Counted from the first letter of the stretch, positions 1-11,248 are shown. The stretch is 64,000 nt of DNA from an uncultured Candidatus Saccharibacteria bacterium (GCA_964532205.1 CAZHGQ010000001.1:49962-113961); one strand, 5' to 3'. A program made the numbers and translations. The notes: generated from the letters alone by a model not told the origin.

Positions 1-207
1 TTAAAGATTTTGGAAGATCATGGCGTGAAGGAAGTAAATCCAATTGGTCAAAAGTTTGACCCAATGCGTGACGAAGCCATTGAACATGTAGTTGTAACAG
101 ATGAGGCCCAGGATCATATCATTACCGATGTTGTTCAGAAGGGTTATACATTAAACGGTAAGAGTCTTAAAGCGCCTCGCGTCAAAGTTGGTGAATTCAA
201 GAAATAA
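1..207 (+). CDS. grpE: GrpE nucleotide exchange factor, C-terminal part (truncated by window edge)
   Basis: FDP..HEAI-like motif, VVQKGY.LNG...KAPRVKV C-terminus; lies upstream of dnaK. Confidence 0.93.
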   Translation, partial: LKILEDHGVKEVNPIGQKFDPMRDEAIEHVVVTDEAQDHIITDVVQKGYTLNGKSLKAPRVKVGEFKK

Positions 208-225
208 TTTGGTATACTAGTAGAA

Positions 226-540
226 ATGTTTGAACTTCAAACAAAACGAAATATCCGTTGCTTTACTGTTGAACGCGCCACGGTTCGACTGGTTTTTGCC
301 GCACTTGTTGAGGTTCAAAATGGGGTAGAGGTTTTGGTTTCAGAACCAAAGCTTATCAAAGTGTTGCCAAAGGCTACTGCTACTTTACCGGCTGGTAAAA
401 AGCCTATCTTGGCTTTGCCAGGCATCGAAACACAGGTGGCCCACACGACTCCGGCTTACGTTTCACCCTTTGTCTCACTTCTTTTTGGTAATTCAGAACT
501 TGTTATAAACTTAGCACCCCAACCACCAACTCGAAACTAA
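226..540 (+). CDS. Hypothetical protein between grpE and dnaK
   Basis: 104-aa ORF; TATACT at 213-218 lies 7 nt before ATG. Confidence 0.7.
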   Translation: MFELQTKRNIRCFTVERATVRLVFAALVEVQNGVEVLVSEPKLIKVLPKATATLPAGKKPILALPGIETQVAHTTPAYVSPFVSLLFGNSELVINLAPQPPTRN

Positions 541-575
541 TTTTGATTGTTTATTAATCTTAATTAGTTTTAACT

Positions 576-2447
<1,872 letters not shown>

Positions 2448-2454
2448 AGCAAAA

Positions 2455-2479
2455 GGCGGCCGAGCTGTGCTCGGCCGCC
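2455..2479. terminator. GC-rich hairpin between dnaK and a convergent small ORF
   Basis: ggcggccgagc-tgt-gctcggccgcc. Confidence 0.75.
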
Positions 2480-2494
2480 GACGCTTTGCGTCTT

Positions 2495-2578
2495 TCAAAA
2501 ACCATATCGGAGGAAGTACGCTAAACAAACCATGGAAATCAAAAGGACGGTTACCTTGAACGCATCGTACCACGTCAT
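2495..2578 (-). CDS. Unannotated 27-aa hydrophobic peptide MTWYDAFKVTVLLISMVCLAYFLRYGF
   Basis: Manual translation; GGAGG just upstream of ATG; one TM-length hydrophobic stretch; followed by hairpin with T-run on minus strand. Confidence 0.6.
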   Translation of the reverse strand: MTWYDAFKVTVLLISMVCLAYFLRYGF

Positions 2579-2681
2579 ATCCTCCGTTACGGATTTCTGA
2601 GACTCGTAGTACCGTTCATCATTCTCTGTCATAAAACCACCCTTCTGTCAATATAGTACCATATCTTAGAAATTAATCAAA

Positions 2682-3755
2682 ATGGCTAAAAATTATTACG
2701 AAACCCTGGGAGTCGAGAAAAATGCCTCAAAAGAGGACATAAAAAAGGCCTTTCGCAAAATGGCTCATCAGTATCACCCTGACAAACAAGGTGGTAACGC
2801 TGAGAAATTTAAAGAAGTAAATGAGGCTTATTCGGTGTTGTCTGATGATCAAAAACGAGACCAATACGATCGTTATGGCAAAACCTTTAGCGATATGGGT
2901 GGTGGCGCTGGCTTCAATCCAAATGACTTTGGTTTTGATTTCTCTGGCATGGGTGGCAGTCAATTTCAGGATTTTGATATCGGTGATATTTTTGGTCAAT
3001 TTTTCGGTGGCGGCCGTGGTGGCCGACGCGAGAAACGTGGTTCTGATATTCAGGTTGATGTCGAAGTTGCTTTTGCCGAAGCGGTTTTTGGTGTCGACAA
3101 GGTTGTTAACATCAACAAAACATCTGTTTGTGAAGTTTGTCAGGGTTCGGGTGCAGAACCCAATACTGAGGTTAAAACCTGTGATACCTGTAAAGGTAAG
3201 GGTCAGATCAATGAAACACGCCAGTCAATTTTTGGGGCTATGGCTAGTGTGCGTGAGTGTCCAACCTGTCATGGTAAGGGCAAGATGCCGACGGTGAAGT
3301 GTAAAAACTGTCGCGGTGCTGGCATTTACAAAAAGCAAACTGAGATTAAGTTTGCCGTACCGGCCGGCATCAATAACGGTGAGATGTTGCGAGTCGTTGG
3401 TTCAGGTGAAGCTATTGAAGGCGGTACGACCGGCGATCTTTATATCCGTATCCATGTGCGCCGACATCCGACATTAACTAAGGAAGGCAACAACCTGTTT
3501 ATGGAACGCACCATTAAACTTACAACTGCACTTTCAGGCGGTGAAGAAGAAATTGAAACACTTGATGGCCCGCTGACTTTGAAAATCCCAGCCGGCATCG
3601 CTTTTGGTGAACTACTTCGGGTAAAGGGTAAGGGTGTACCGACAAGTAAGAGCTCGAGAGGTGATTTATTGGTCAAAATCCACATTCAGATTCCAGCTAA
3701 ACTCTCCAAAAAAGCCGCTAAGTTAGTGGATGAATTGAAAGGCGAGGGGGTTTAA
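2682..3755 (+). CDS. dnaJ: Chaperone DnaJ
   Basis: HPD J-domain, G/F-rich linker, four CxxCxGxG repeats. Confidence 0.99.
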   Translation: MAKNYYETLGVEKNASKEDIKKAFRKMAHQYHPDKQGGNAEKFKEVNEAYSVLSDDQKRDQYDRYGKTFSDMGGGAGFNPNDFGFDFSGMGGSQFQDFDIGDIFGQFFGGGRGGRREKRGSDIQVDVEVAFAEAVFGVDKVVNINKTSVCEVCQGSGAEPNTEVKTCDTCKGKGQINETRQSIFGAMASVRECPTCHGKGKMPTVKCKNCRGAGIYKKQTEIKFAVPAGINNGEMLRVVGSGEAIEGGTTGDLYIRIHVRRHPTLTKEGNNLFMERTIKLTTALSGGEEEIETLDGPLTLKIPAGIAFGELLRVKGKGVPTSKSSRGDLLVKIHIQIPAKLSKKAAKLVDELKGEGV

Positions 3756-3844
3756 TCACACTAGTTTACATTGTTAAAAACTTATAAACAGGCTACAATA
3801 GAAGTGTAGTCTGTTATGATACATCGACAAAATATTGTAAATAC

Positions 3845-3873
3845 TTGCCATGTTTTGTTATGTATGTTATATT
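3845..3873 (+). promoter_or_regulatory. Sigma70-type promoter for leader peptide/paaK-like operon
   Basis: TTGCCA-17 nt-TATATT, preceded by TG. Confidence 0.6.
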
Positions 3874-3880
3874 ATATGCA

Positions 3881-3967
3881 ATGCAGAACGCAGTAATTAT
3901 TAGATTAAATGATAGTCCACTTGCCCCTCTGAGTGTAGGGGGTGCAGTTTACAATTTCATGGTTTAG
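3881..3967 (+). CDS. Unannotated 28-aa leaderless peptide MQNAVIIRLNDSPLAPLSVGGAVYNFMV
   Basis: ATG 7 nt after the -10 box (same geometry as leaderless core genes); followed by hairpin + T7. Confidence 0.55.
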   Translation: MQNAVIIRLNDSPLAPLSVGGAVYNFMV

Positions 3968-3971
3968 ATAT

Positions 3972-3999
3972 TGGCGCCGTCTTAGGGCGTCATTTTTTT
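3972..3999 (+). terminator. Intrinsic terminator/attenuator hairpin upstream of paaK-like gene
   Basis: tggcgcc-gtcttag-ggcgtca-ttttttt. Confidence 0.6.
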
Positions 4000-4008
4000 A
4001 GAAAGAAA

Positions 4009-5559
4009 ATGTCACGTTCAACACTAAATATTCCGGAATCGTACAAGCGCGAAATTAAAATGCGCAAGGAGGTTGCCGAAAAGCAATTAAATTTTATTTA
4101 CGACAAAAAAAGCGACTTCTGGAAAAAAGAACAGGAGCGTCGAATGCTCGATTTGTTTCATACATCTGCAAAAAAAGTTGCTGCCTATAAGGATTTTATA
4201 AAAAAAGCCCGCGTTCATCCTGAGAAAATCCAGTCAATTGAAGATTTTCAGAAAGTTCTACCTGTAAACAAAGATAATTACCTCAGAAGTTATCCTTGGG
4301 AGAAACTTTGTATGCCAGGTTCATTGATTGAGCAATCACTTGTTCTCACTTCAACCTCAGGTTCAACCGGTCGACCATTCTATTTCCCTCGAAATGGTAT
4401 CCTTGATGCTCAATCATCGATTTACCACCAGATGTTCATACGTAATAGCAATCTTGATGTAAATAAATCAACGTTAGTGCTTGTCTGTTTCGGTATGGGT
4501 GTCTGGATCGGTGGCGTGATTACGTATCAGGCTTTCAAAACTATTTCTGAGCGTGGTTATCCATTAACTATTCTGACTCCAGGTGTAAATAAGCGTGAAA
4601 TTTACGAAGCGCTCAAGAATGTTGGTCCACAATATGACCAGATTATTATGTGTGGCTATCCACCATTCATGAAGGATGTTGTTGATGAGGCTAAAGAGAA
4701 TGGTGTAAATTGGAGCGATTTCAATATCCGGATGATTTTCGCTGCTGAATCGTTCTCTGAAAAATTCCGCGACTATATTATGAAGAAAACTGGCATGAAA
4801 AACCCATATCAGGACACGATGAACATTTACGGTAGTGCTGACTTGGGAACGATGGCTGAGGAAACGCCCGTTGCAATCTTAATCCGTCGACTGGCGCTTA
4901 AGCATAAACGAATTTATACAAAGTTATTCGGTCAGGCCACCCGCTTGCCAACATTTGCTCAGTACATTCCAATGTTCATAAACTTTGAGTGTACAAACAA
5001 TCGCGTGTACTGTACTGGTGATAATGTGTTACCACTCGTGCGTTATGAAATCGGTGACAATGGTGGCACCTGGTACTTTAAAGATGTTGAAAAGATCTTC
5101 GAGGAAGAGGGAATTAATCTTCGTGATGAAGCAAAAAATGTTGGCATAGATCATACAATTGCTGAACTACCATTTGTCTACGTCTACGAACGAACAGATC
5201 TCTCGACAAAACTTTACGGTGCTATTATTTATCCTGAGTACGTCAAGGTTGCTTTGCAAGAACATGCTATTGAAAAATACATTACTGGTAAATTTACAAT
5301 GTACACTAAACATGACGAAAGACAGGACGAGTATCTGGAAATTAACGTTGAGTTAAAGCCAGGTATTATTGAGTCATCATGGTTAAAGGAAGAAGTTACG
5401 AAATTAATTTCAGGTTCACTCTCACATCACAGCGCTGAACACAAGAACAATGTTCACATGCTCAATGGCAAAGTCACACCACGCATTGTGTTCTGGCCTC
5501 ATGAGCACCCAACACACTTCCAAACTGGTATTAAGCAAAAGTGGGTGAAGTCAGTTTAA
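4009..5559 (+). CDS. Phenylacetate-CoA ligase-like (PaaK/ANL) adenylating enzyme
   Basis: TSTSGSTGRP P-loop, NIYGSAD, PLVRYEIGD motifs. Confidence 0.88.
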   Translation: MSRSTLNIPESYKREIKMRKEVAEKQLNFIYDKKSDFWKKEQERRMLDLFHTSAKKVAAYKDFIKKARVHPEKIQSIEDFQKVLPVNKDNYLRSYPWEKLCMPGSLIEQSLVLTSTSGSTGRPFYFPRNGILDAQSSIYHQMFIRNSNLDVNKSTLVLVCFGMGVWIGGVITYQAFKTISERGYPLTILTPGVNKREIYEALKNVGPQYDQIIMCGYPPFMKDVVDEAKENGVNWSDFNIRMIFAAESFSEKFRDYIMKKTGMKNPYQDTMNIYGSADLGTMAEETPVAILIRRLALKHKRIYTKLFGQATRLPTFAQYIPMFINFECTNNRVYCTGDNVLPLVRYEIGDNGGTWYFKDVEKIFEEEGINLRDEAKNVGIDHTIAELPFVYVYERTDLSTKLYGAIIYPEYVKVALQEHAIEKYITGKFTMYTKHDERQDEYLEINVELKPGIIESSWLKEEVTKLISGSLSHHSAEHKNNVHMLNGKVTPRIVFWPHEHPTHFQTGIKQKWVKSV

Positions 5560-5580
5560 TTATTGTAATAAATTAAAAAT

Positions 5581-6762
5581 ATGTCTGATATACAAAAGCA
5601 ACTAGATGGTAAAAAAGACAATAAACATTTAAAACCCGAATTTTTTAATTTATCCAAACCGGCTGATGCTAAAAAAGTTGAAGAACTTCTGGCAAATGGC
5701 AAAATCCAGTACACGATTGACGACTACGAAGAACTCAACCTAGAGCTTTTCGGTGTAAAAAACCCCTCAAAGGTTTACACTCCCACATTTAAACAAGAAT
5801 TTAAGGATTATTACGAAAGCCTACAAAAAGAGAAGCCACTTCACGAACATGGTGTTTGGGTGTACTATCCTTGGTCTTCAAAATTAGTCCATATTCTTGA
5901 GGAATCAGACTATTTCCTTGTCCGAACTGCCCGAAATAAAAATCTTATCAACGCTCAAGAACAAGAGGCTTTCTACAATGCTAAAGTCGGTATCGGTGGT
6001 CTAAGTGTTGGTTCAAGTGTGGCCTTTGCACTTGTGTTGCAAGGTGGCCCAAAGCGCATCAAGCTCGCCGACATGGATAGATTAGCGCTTTCAAACACAA
6101 ACAGAATTCTATCAGGTGTTGAAAATCTTGGTGTGCTTAAGGTTGAAATGGCTGCCAGAAAAATTTATGAAATAAATCCTTACGCTGAAGTTGAGCTTTT
6201 CCCGGAAGGTTTAAATAAAAATAATATTGAAGTATTTTGTAAGGACCTTGATGTGGTTATCGATGAACTCGACAACTTAGCTGTTAAGTTTTTGATCCGT
6301 GAACAGGCCAAAAAGCATAAGTTGCCTGTTGTGATGGCTGCGGATAACGGTGACAACGCTGTTGTGGATGTGGAGCGATATGATCTTGATCCAAACCTGC
6401 CCTTTTTCCAGGGTAGAATGGGCGATGTAAGCTATGAAATGCTTTCAACACTTGATAAATTTGGTATTGGCAAGATGATTACCAAACATGTTGGCGCAGA
6501 AAATGTCACAGAGCGAATGCAACAGTCTCTTTTGGAAATGGGTAAGACCATTGTTTCGTGGCCTCAGCTAGGAGGCGCAGCGCTAATAAACGGTGCGGCG
6601 GTGGCCTATTGTGTTCGAAAAATACTGAATAAACAGTCTCTTGAGAAAGACCGATCTCTTATTAACATGGATAGCTTGCTTGATCCGCACTACAATACAC
6701 CAGAGCAGGTGGCTCACCGAGAGAAAATTGCTTCCGACTTTAAGAAGATTTTTGGGCTTTAG
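5581..6762 (+). CDS. ThiF-family adenylyltransferase (Rv1355c-like N-terminal half)
   Basis: WVYYPW N-terminal motif, GGLSVG, D.DRL.LSNTNR, DELDN, SWPQL. Confidence 0.85.
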   Translation: MSDIQKQLDGKKDNKHLKPEFFNLSKPADAKKVEELLANGKIQYTIDDYEELNLELFGVKNPSKVYTPTFKQEFKDYYESLQKEKPLHEHGVWVYYPWSSKLVHILEESDYFLVRTARNKNLINAQEQEAFYNAKVGIGGLSVGSSVAFALVLQGGPKRIKLADMDRLALSNTNRILSGVENLGVLKVEMAARKIYEINPYAEVELFPEGLNKNNIEVFCKDLDVVIDELDNLAVKFLIREQAKKHKLPVVMAADNGDNAVVDVERYDLDPNLPFFQGRMGDVSYEMLSTLDKFGIGKMITKHVGAENVTERMQQSLLEMGKTIVSWPQLGGAALINGAAVAYCVRKILNKQSLEKDRSLINMDSLLDPHYNTPEQVAHREKIASDFKKIFGL

Positions 6763-7420
6763 GAGGGGATTTGGTCTTGTCTTGACTTGCTAAGTCAAAC
6801 AGTGCCTTTACTATTGAGGCAATTTCTTGATTTTCAATCATAATTCCAAATTTTTTATTCTGTGAAGAAATTGAAACTCTGTTTAGATATATATTTAGAT
6901 CATAATCGTCCTTAGTGTCTTCCTTTAAGTTTTCAATCCCCTTAACTTGAATTCCATTAGTTGTTTTTTTGGCTCTAACATGTGACATCCTACGTAGAAT
7001 ATCACCAGCCTCATTGTTAATTAAACTTGGAAATATGTTTTTAACCCCCTCCTCACCATCAAATAGAGTAATTCTTGGTCTGTGAGTATCTGAGCTTAAT
7101 TTGATTAAATCTGGAACCAACTTCTCGATATCTGAATGAATATTTTTTTGTTTCTGTTCGAGTTTTGAGACCATGATTAATAGATCCTCAGGGCTAAGCG
7201 GGCTATATTTCTTTATCTTTTTACCTCTTCCACCTTCATTTTTTTCTTTAATTAGACCTTTATTTATTAGTGATTCAGCGACATTGTATAGTGTTGTACG
7301 GTTAATTTTTGAAAGCATAGAGATGTCCTGAATACTTAAGGTTCCATTTTCAAGCAATACCAAGTACATTTTTGCCTCAGATTCACTCAAATCTAATTTT
7401 TTAAGAATTTCCTCAAACAT
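6740..7420 (-). CDS. TrmB-like transcriptional regulator
   Basis: LDLSESEAKMYLVLL...INRTTLY wHTH; shortened C-terminal domain. Confidence 0.85.
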   Translation of the reverse strand: MFEEILKKLDLSESEAKMYLVLLENGTLSIQDISMLSKINRTTLYNVAESLINKGLIKEKNEGGRGKKIKKYSPLSPEDLLIMVSKLEQKQKNIHSDIEKLVPDLIKLSSDTHRPRITLFDGEEGVKNIFPSLINNEAGDILRRMSHVRAKKTTNGIQVKGIENLKEDTKDDYDLNIYLNRVSISSQNKKFGIMIENQEIASIVKALFDLASQDKTKSPPKAQKSS

Positions 7421-8193
7421 TATTGCTTCTTAGTTTGTAATTTTTCTGCTGTTATATATGCTTGATCAAAAAGTTTTCTAAACATCTCCGATATTTCATT
7501 GCTCTCAATAATGATGGCGAACATCTCTTTTGTCGACATTAAGCCAACCTTATTATCATAGATGGCAACGTCAGCTGGTAACTTGAGGCTTTCAGTTGGT
7601 ACTAATACAATATCGTCAAAATTAATATTTGGATGATGTCGCATCATTTCAATCGCAGCATAATCCAGTGGATGAATTCCTCTCATTTTGATATTTCTAG
7701 AAAATCTCTTAGATACGTACTCAGGCAAATACCCTGGTAATGTCTGAAAAATATCACCTACCGAAGAAGATATTCGAACAAGTGTATTTTTAGACTTTAA
7801 AGTATCCTCAAAGGCTTCAATTAAGCCGTCCCTTCCCTCAAGTAACCGTACCTTCGGTTTATGTTTTGATGTTGAGTACAAGGTACTTAGCTCAACGATT
7901 GATCTTTCTAATGAGTTTCTAACAGAACTATATTTCTCAATCATTTTTTTTGAATGATTAACAAGGACCTCGGGTGAAACAGCGGTGTATCTTTTGATTC
8001 CTGTTGCTGAAGTTATGTTCACCAAACCTTTTTTAATTAACGAATCAAGTACAACATATATGGTAGTTCTGTTAAATCCAGTCTTGAGAGAAAGGTTCCT
8101 AACAATAGTTTGACCAGATTTAAGTAGCTCGAGATATAAGCGAGCTTCATTTGAAGAAAGACCGAATTTTAATAAAATCTCTTCAGGAAGCAT
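7420..8193 (-). CDS. TrmB-like transcriptional regulator
   Basis: FGLSSNEARLYLELL...NRTTIY wHTH; IYDNKV...AIIIES C-terminal motif. Confidence 0.88.
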   Translation of the reverse strand: MLPEEILLKFGLSSNEARLYLELLKSGQTIVRNLSLKTGFNRTTIYVVLDSLIKKGLVNITSATGIKRYTAVSPEVLVNHSKKMIEKYSSVRNSLERSIVELSTLYSTSKHKPKVRLLEGRDGLIEAFEDTLKSKNTLVRISSSVGDIFQTLPGYLPEYVSKRFSRNIKMRGIHPLDYAAIEMMRHHPNINFDDIVLVPTESLKLPADVAIYDNKVGLMSTKEMFAIIIESNEISEMFRKLFDQAYITAEKLQTKKQ

Positions 8194-8270
8194 TTGTTGT
8201 CAGAGTATAACATCAAAACTAAATTTTATCAACTATAACGCTAACTTTAGAATACTGTTATAATCACTTT

Positions 8271-9293
8271 ATGAAATCAAACTATTCCGCATGGAAGATA
8301 GACCATAAAGAGTTCGAAAAACAAAATACGGGTATTGAAAGGCTACGATTTTTAATTAGGTACGCTGTATTAGCGCCCTCAAGTCATAATACTCAGCCTT
8401 GGTATTTTAAAATATCCCAAAATCGAATATCAGTTTTTAAGGATAAAAGTAAATTGTTACCAATTGCAGATACAAATGACAGACAGTCAACAATTAGCAT
8501 TGGTTGTGCAATTCAAAATATTTTAACTGCTGCGCACTGCTATGGTTTTAATACGAGACTTGATTTTATAGAAAAGGAGCATTCTGATTCGTTGGTAGAC
8601 ATTATTTTTGAAGAATTTGAAATAGAACGTCCACATAATTACGAGGTACTAAGGTTAATTTCTCAGCGCAGAAGTAATCGCGGTAAACACACTACCGATG
8701 TGATTCCTCAATCTATTTTAAATGAAATTAAACAAATCACCTTTGAGGACGTAAAGCTTTTTATTATTGATAAACAAGAAATGGTAAATGAGCTAGGTGA
8801 AATTGCTGTTGCAGCATCAATCGAATCCATGGTCAGTGATGAATTTAGAGCAGAATTATCACACCATGTAAAACATAACTTTACTAAGTCTAAGGTTGGT
8901 ATGCCTGGTTTTAGTCAGGGAATACCTGCCCCCATATCTTTTATTCTGCCGGGTTTGTTAAAACGCTTTAATATGGAAAAAGTTGCTGAAAAACAAAATA
9001 TTAATCTATTTCAGAAGTGGACAAAGTACCTACTTATTATTGCCTCAAAAAATGACACCGAGAAAGACTGGATTAATGTAGGAAGATTGTACGAGTTAAT
9101 ATCGTTTATTTGTACTAAACATACAATAGCATTGGCACCGTGGGGTGCACCGATTCAAATTGGCTTACACTTCACAGCAATACAAAAAGTTATAAATACT
9201 GATTATCGACCTCAAATGTTTGTTAGAATGGGTATTACAAAGCATAAGGCAAGATTTTCACCAAGGGTTCCATTTAATGAGGTAATAAAATAA
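8271..9293 (+). CDS. Acg-type nitroreductase family FMN-binding protein
   Basis: AVLAPSSHNTQPWYF, ISIGCAIQN, RRSNR motifs. Confidence 0.88.
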   Translation: MKSNYSAWKIDHKEFEKQNTGIERLRFLIRYAVLAPSSHNTQPWYFKISQNRISVFKDKSKLLPIADTNDRQSTISIGCAIQNILTAAHCYGFNTRLDFIEKEHSDSLVDIIFEEFEIERPHNYEVLRLISQRRSNRGKHTTDVIPQSILNEIKQITFEDVKLFIIDKQEMVNELGEIAVAASIESMVSDEFRAELSHHVKHNFTKSKVGMPGFSQGIPAPISFILPGLLKRFNMEKVAEKQNINLFQKWTKYLLIIASKNDTEKDWINVGRLYELISFICTKHTIALAPWGAPIQIGLHFTAIQKVINTDYRPQMFVRMGITKHKARFSPRVPFNEVIK

Positions 9294-9298
9294 ATAAA

Positions 9299-10885
9299 AT
9301 GTCCGGATTTTTAAATATTGACCTGTTAAGCGTTGGTGTTGCGATTGCAGGAAATTTGTTAATTGGATTTGCAGCACTATTTTCAAATAAGAGGAATGCG
9401 ACAAATATATTATTTTTGCTTCAAACACTAATTCTTTCTTTGTGGAGTTTGGCTAATTATATTTCATATCAACCACACGACCCAACACTTGCATTATTTC
9501 TTGTAAGAATAGTTCTTTTCTTGGCTGTGCCAAATTCAATTATCTTCCTTATATTCATGCATACGTTTCCGTCGGAAAGTTTAAAAATGAGTAAGAGGAC
9601 ACTAATCGCTTTGATAATTGTATCTATCGTAACTATGGGGATCACCCTTTCACCATTTCTATTTCAAAAAGTTGTAATTAATAATACTGGTGCGCCCACT
9701 CCAGTACCGGGTGTAGGAATCATACCTTTCTTTGTAGTAAGTATTATTTCCTTACCACTTGGCTTTTATTACTTAGTAAAAAATTATTTTTTTGCAAAAG
9801 CAGACGAGAAAAAGCAATTTGCTTTTTTGCTGTTAGGTGTTGTGATCACTTTTACGACAATAATGACTTTTAATTTTATTTTCCCTAGTTTTCTCAAGAA
9901 TTCACGCTTTATTCCTCTGAGTGCCGTTTTTACCTTACCGTTTGTAATCTTTACTGCATACGCAATATATAAATATAAGCTATTTAAAATCAAGGACATC
10001 TTCACCGTCTTCATTGCGCTGGCATTGACGGTTGTAACATTCGTCGAAATTATCTTCTCCGTAGGTCTTCCTCAGGTTATTTTCCGAGTCAGCATCTTCA
10101 CAATCGTTCTGATCTTCAGCATTCGTATGATCCGTGACATGTTTGCGCTTGAATTCGCCAACGAGCGGCTCAAGGAACTCGACAAAATGAAGTCCGAGTT
10201 CGTCTCGCTGGCCACCCACCAAATCCGCGCGCCATTGACCGCTATTAAAGGCTACATTTCGCTCATTCAGGAAGGGGACTACGGCCAAGTACCAGCACCA
10301 ATTGCCGGCGCCATCGACATTATCATGCAGTCGACAAATAACCTGGTTACTATTGTTGGCGATTTCCTCGATGTCTCACGTATTGAACTCGGCCGCATGA
10401 AGTATGACTATTCTGATTTTGACTTCCAGGAGCTCGTGCAGCAAGTTGTGACTGAATACAAGCCAAATGTCGAGAAGAAAGGTCTCAATTTCAGCTACAG
10501 TTTTGATCAAAGCAAGCAGTACATGGTCCACGCTGATCGCGGCAAGATCAAGCAGGTTATTGGTAACATTATCGACAACTCTATCAAGTACACGTTGCAA
10601 GGATTCGTTAAAGTTGAACTCGGCTTTTCAAAAACAAGTCCGAATAGCGTTTTGGTCAAGGTTTATGACAGCGGTGTTGGTATTCCGGCAGCCACAATTC
10701 CAAAACTCTTCCAAAAATTTACTCGTGCGGAAAATGCCAACGATGCCAATATTCTCGGTACTGGCCTAGGTCTTTATGTGGCTAAACAAATGATTGATGC
10801 TCATCAGGGCAAACTCTGGGCTGAATCTGAGGGACAGGGTAAGGGGGCGCAGTTCTATATTGAGTTGCCGGTTAAGGGTGTGTAG
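9299..10885 (+). CDS. Sensor histidine kinase with multi-TM (HisKA_7TM-like) input domain
   Basis: Many TM helices, then EFVSLATHQIRAPL H-box, NIIDNSIKY N-box, DSGVGI, GTGLGL. Confidence 0.95.
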   Translation: MSGFLNIDLLSVGVAIAGNLLIGFAALFSNKRNATNILFLLQTLILSLWSLANYISYQPHDPTLALFLVRIVLFLAVPNSIIFLIFMHTFPSESLKMSKRTLIALIIVSIVTMGITLSPFLFQKVVINNTGAPTPVPGVGIIPFFVVSIISLPLGFYYLVKNYFFAKADEKKQFAFLLLGVVITFTTIMTFNFIFPSFLKNSRFIPLSAVFTLPFVIFTAYAIYKYKLFKIKDIFTVFIALALTVVTFVEIIFSVGLPQVIFRVSIFTIVLIFSIRMIRDMFALEFANERLKELDKMKSEFVSLATHQIRAPLTAIKGYISLIQEGDYGQVPAPIAGAIDIIMQSTNNLVTIVGDFLDVSRIELGRMKYDYSDFDFQELVQQVVTEYKPNVEKKGLNFSYSFDQSKQYMVHADRGKIKQVIGNIIDNSIKYTLQGFVKVELGFSKTSPNSVLVKVYDSGVGIPAATIPKLFQKFTRAENANDANILGTGLGLYVAKQMIDAHQGKLWAESEGQGKGAQFYIELPVKGV

Positions 10886-11201
10886 ATTCCTGTAAGTAAT
10901 CAATCACTCCTTGGCGGATATACCAGGTAAAATAGGTACCAAAATAAAATAAGTCTTGTCTTCGTTCCATCATGTCATGAGCATGTCGAATATAATTCCG
11001 ACTGGCTTGCGGAAAGTATTTCCAGCCAGCCGACATTAACGCCTCGATATATTTGGTTTTAATGAAATGCTTTTTTGCATATTGGCGTACAACATTTTTA
11101 ATGAGACCACTAAAATATCGTCGACATTCCAGCTCATTAATTTCGTTTAATTGTGCGTTTTCTATAAGCTCTAATTCTTTTTGAAATCGTTTATCAAACA
11201 T
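10872..11201 (-). CDS. Small protein resembling an isolated sigma-70 region 2
   Basis: FGTYFTWYIRQGV resembles the region 2.3-2.4 consensus FSTYATWWIRQAI; only 109 aa. Confidence 0.6.
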   Translation of the reverse strand: MFDKRFQKELELIENAQLNEINELECRRYFSGLIKNVVRQYAKKHFIKTKYIEALMSAGWKYFPQASRNYIRHAHDMMERRQDLFYFGTYFTWYIRQGVIDYLQESTHP

Positions 11202-11218
11202 TGGATGTATTTTATAAA

Positions 11219-11243
11219 AACCGATGGAGTTTATCCATCGGTT
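11219..11243 (-). terminator. Terminator for the 58-aa ORF
   Basis: aaccgatgga-gttta-tccatcggtt with T-run on minus strand. Confidence 0.7.
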
Positions 11244-11248
11244 GCAGT

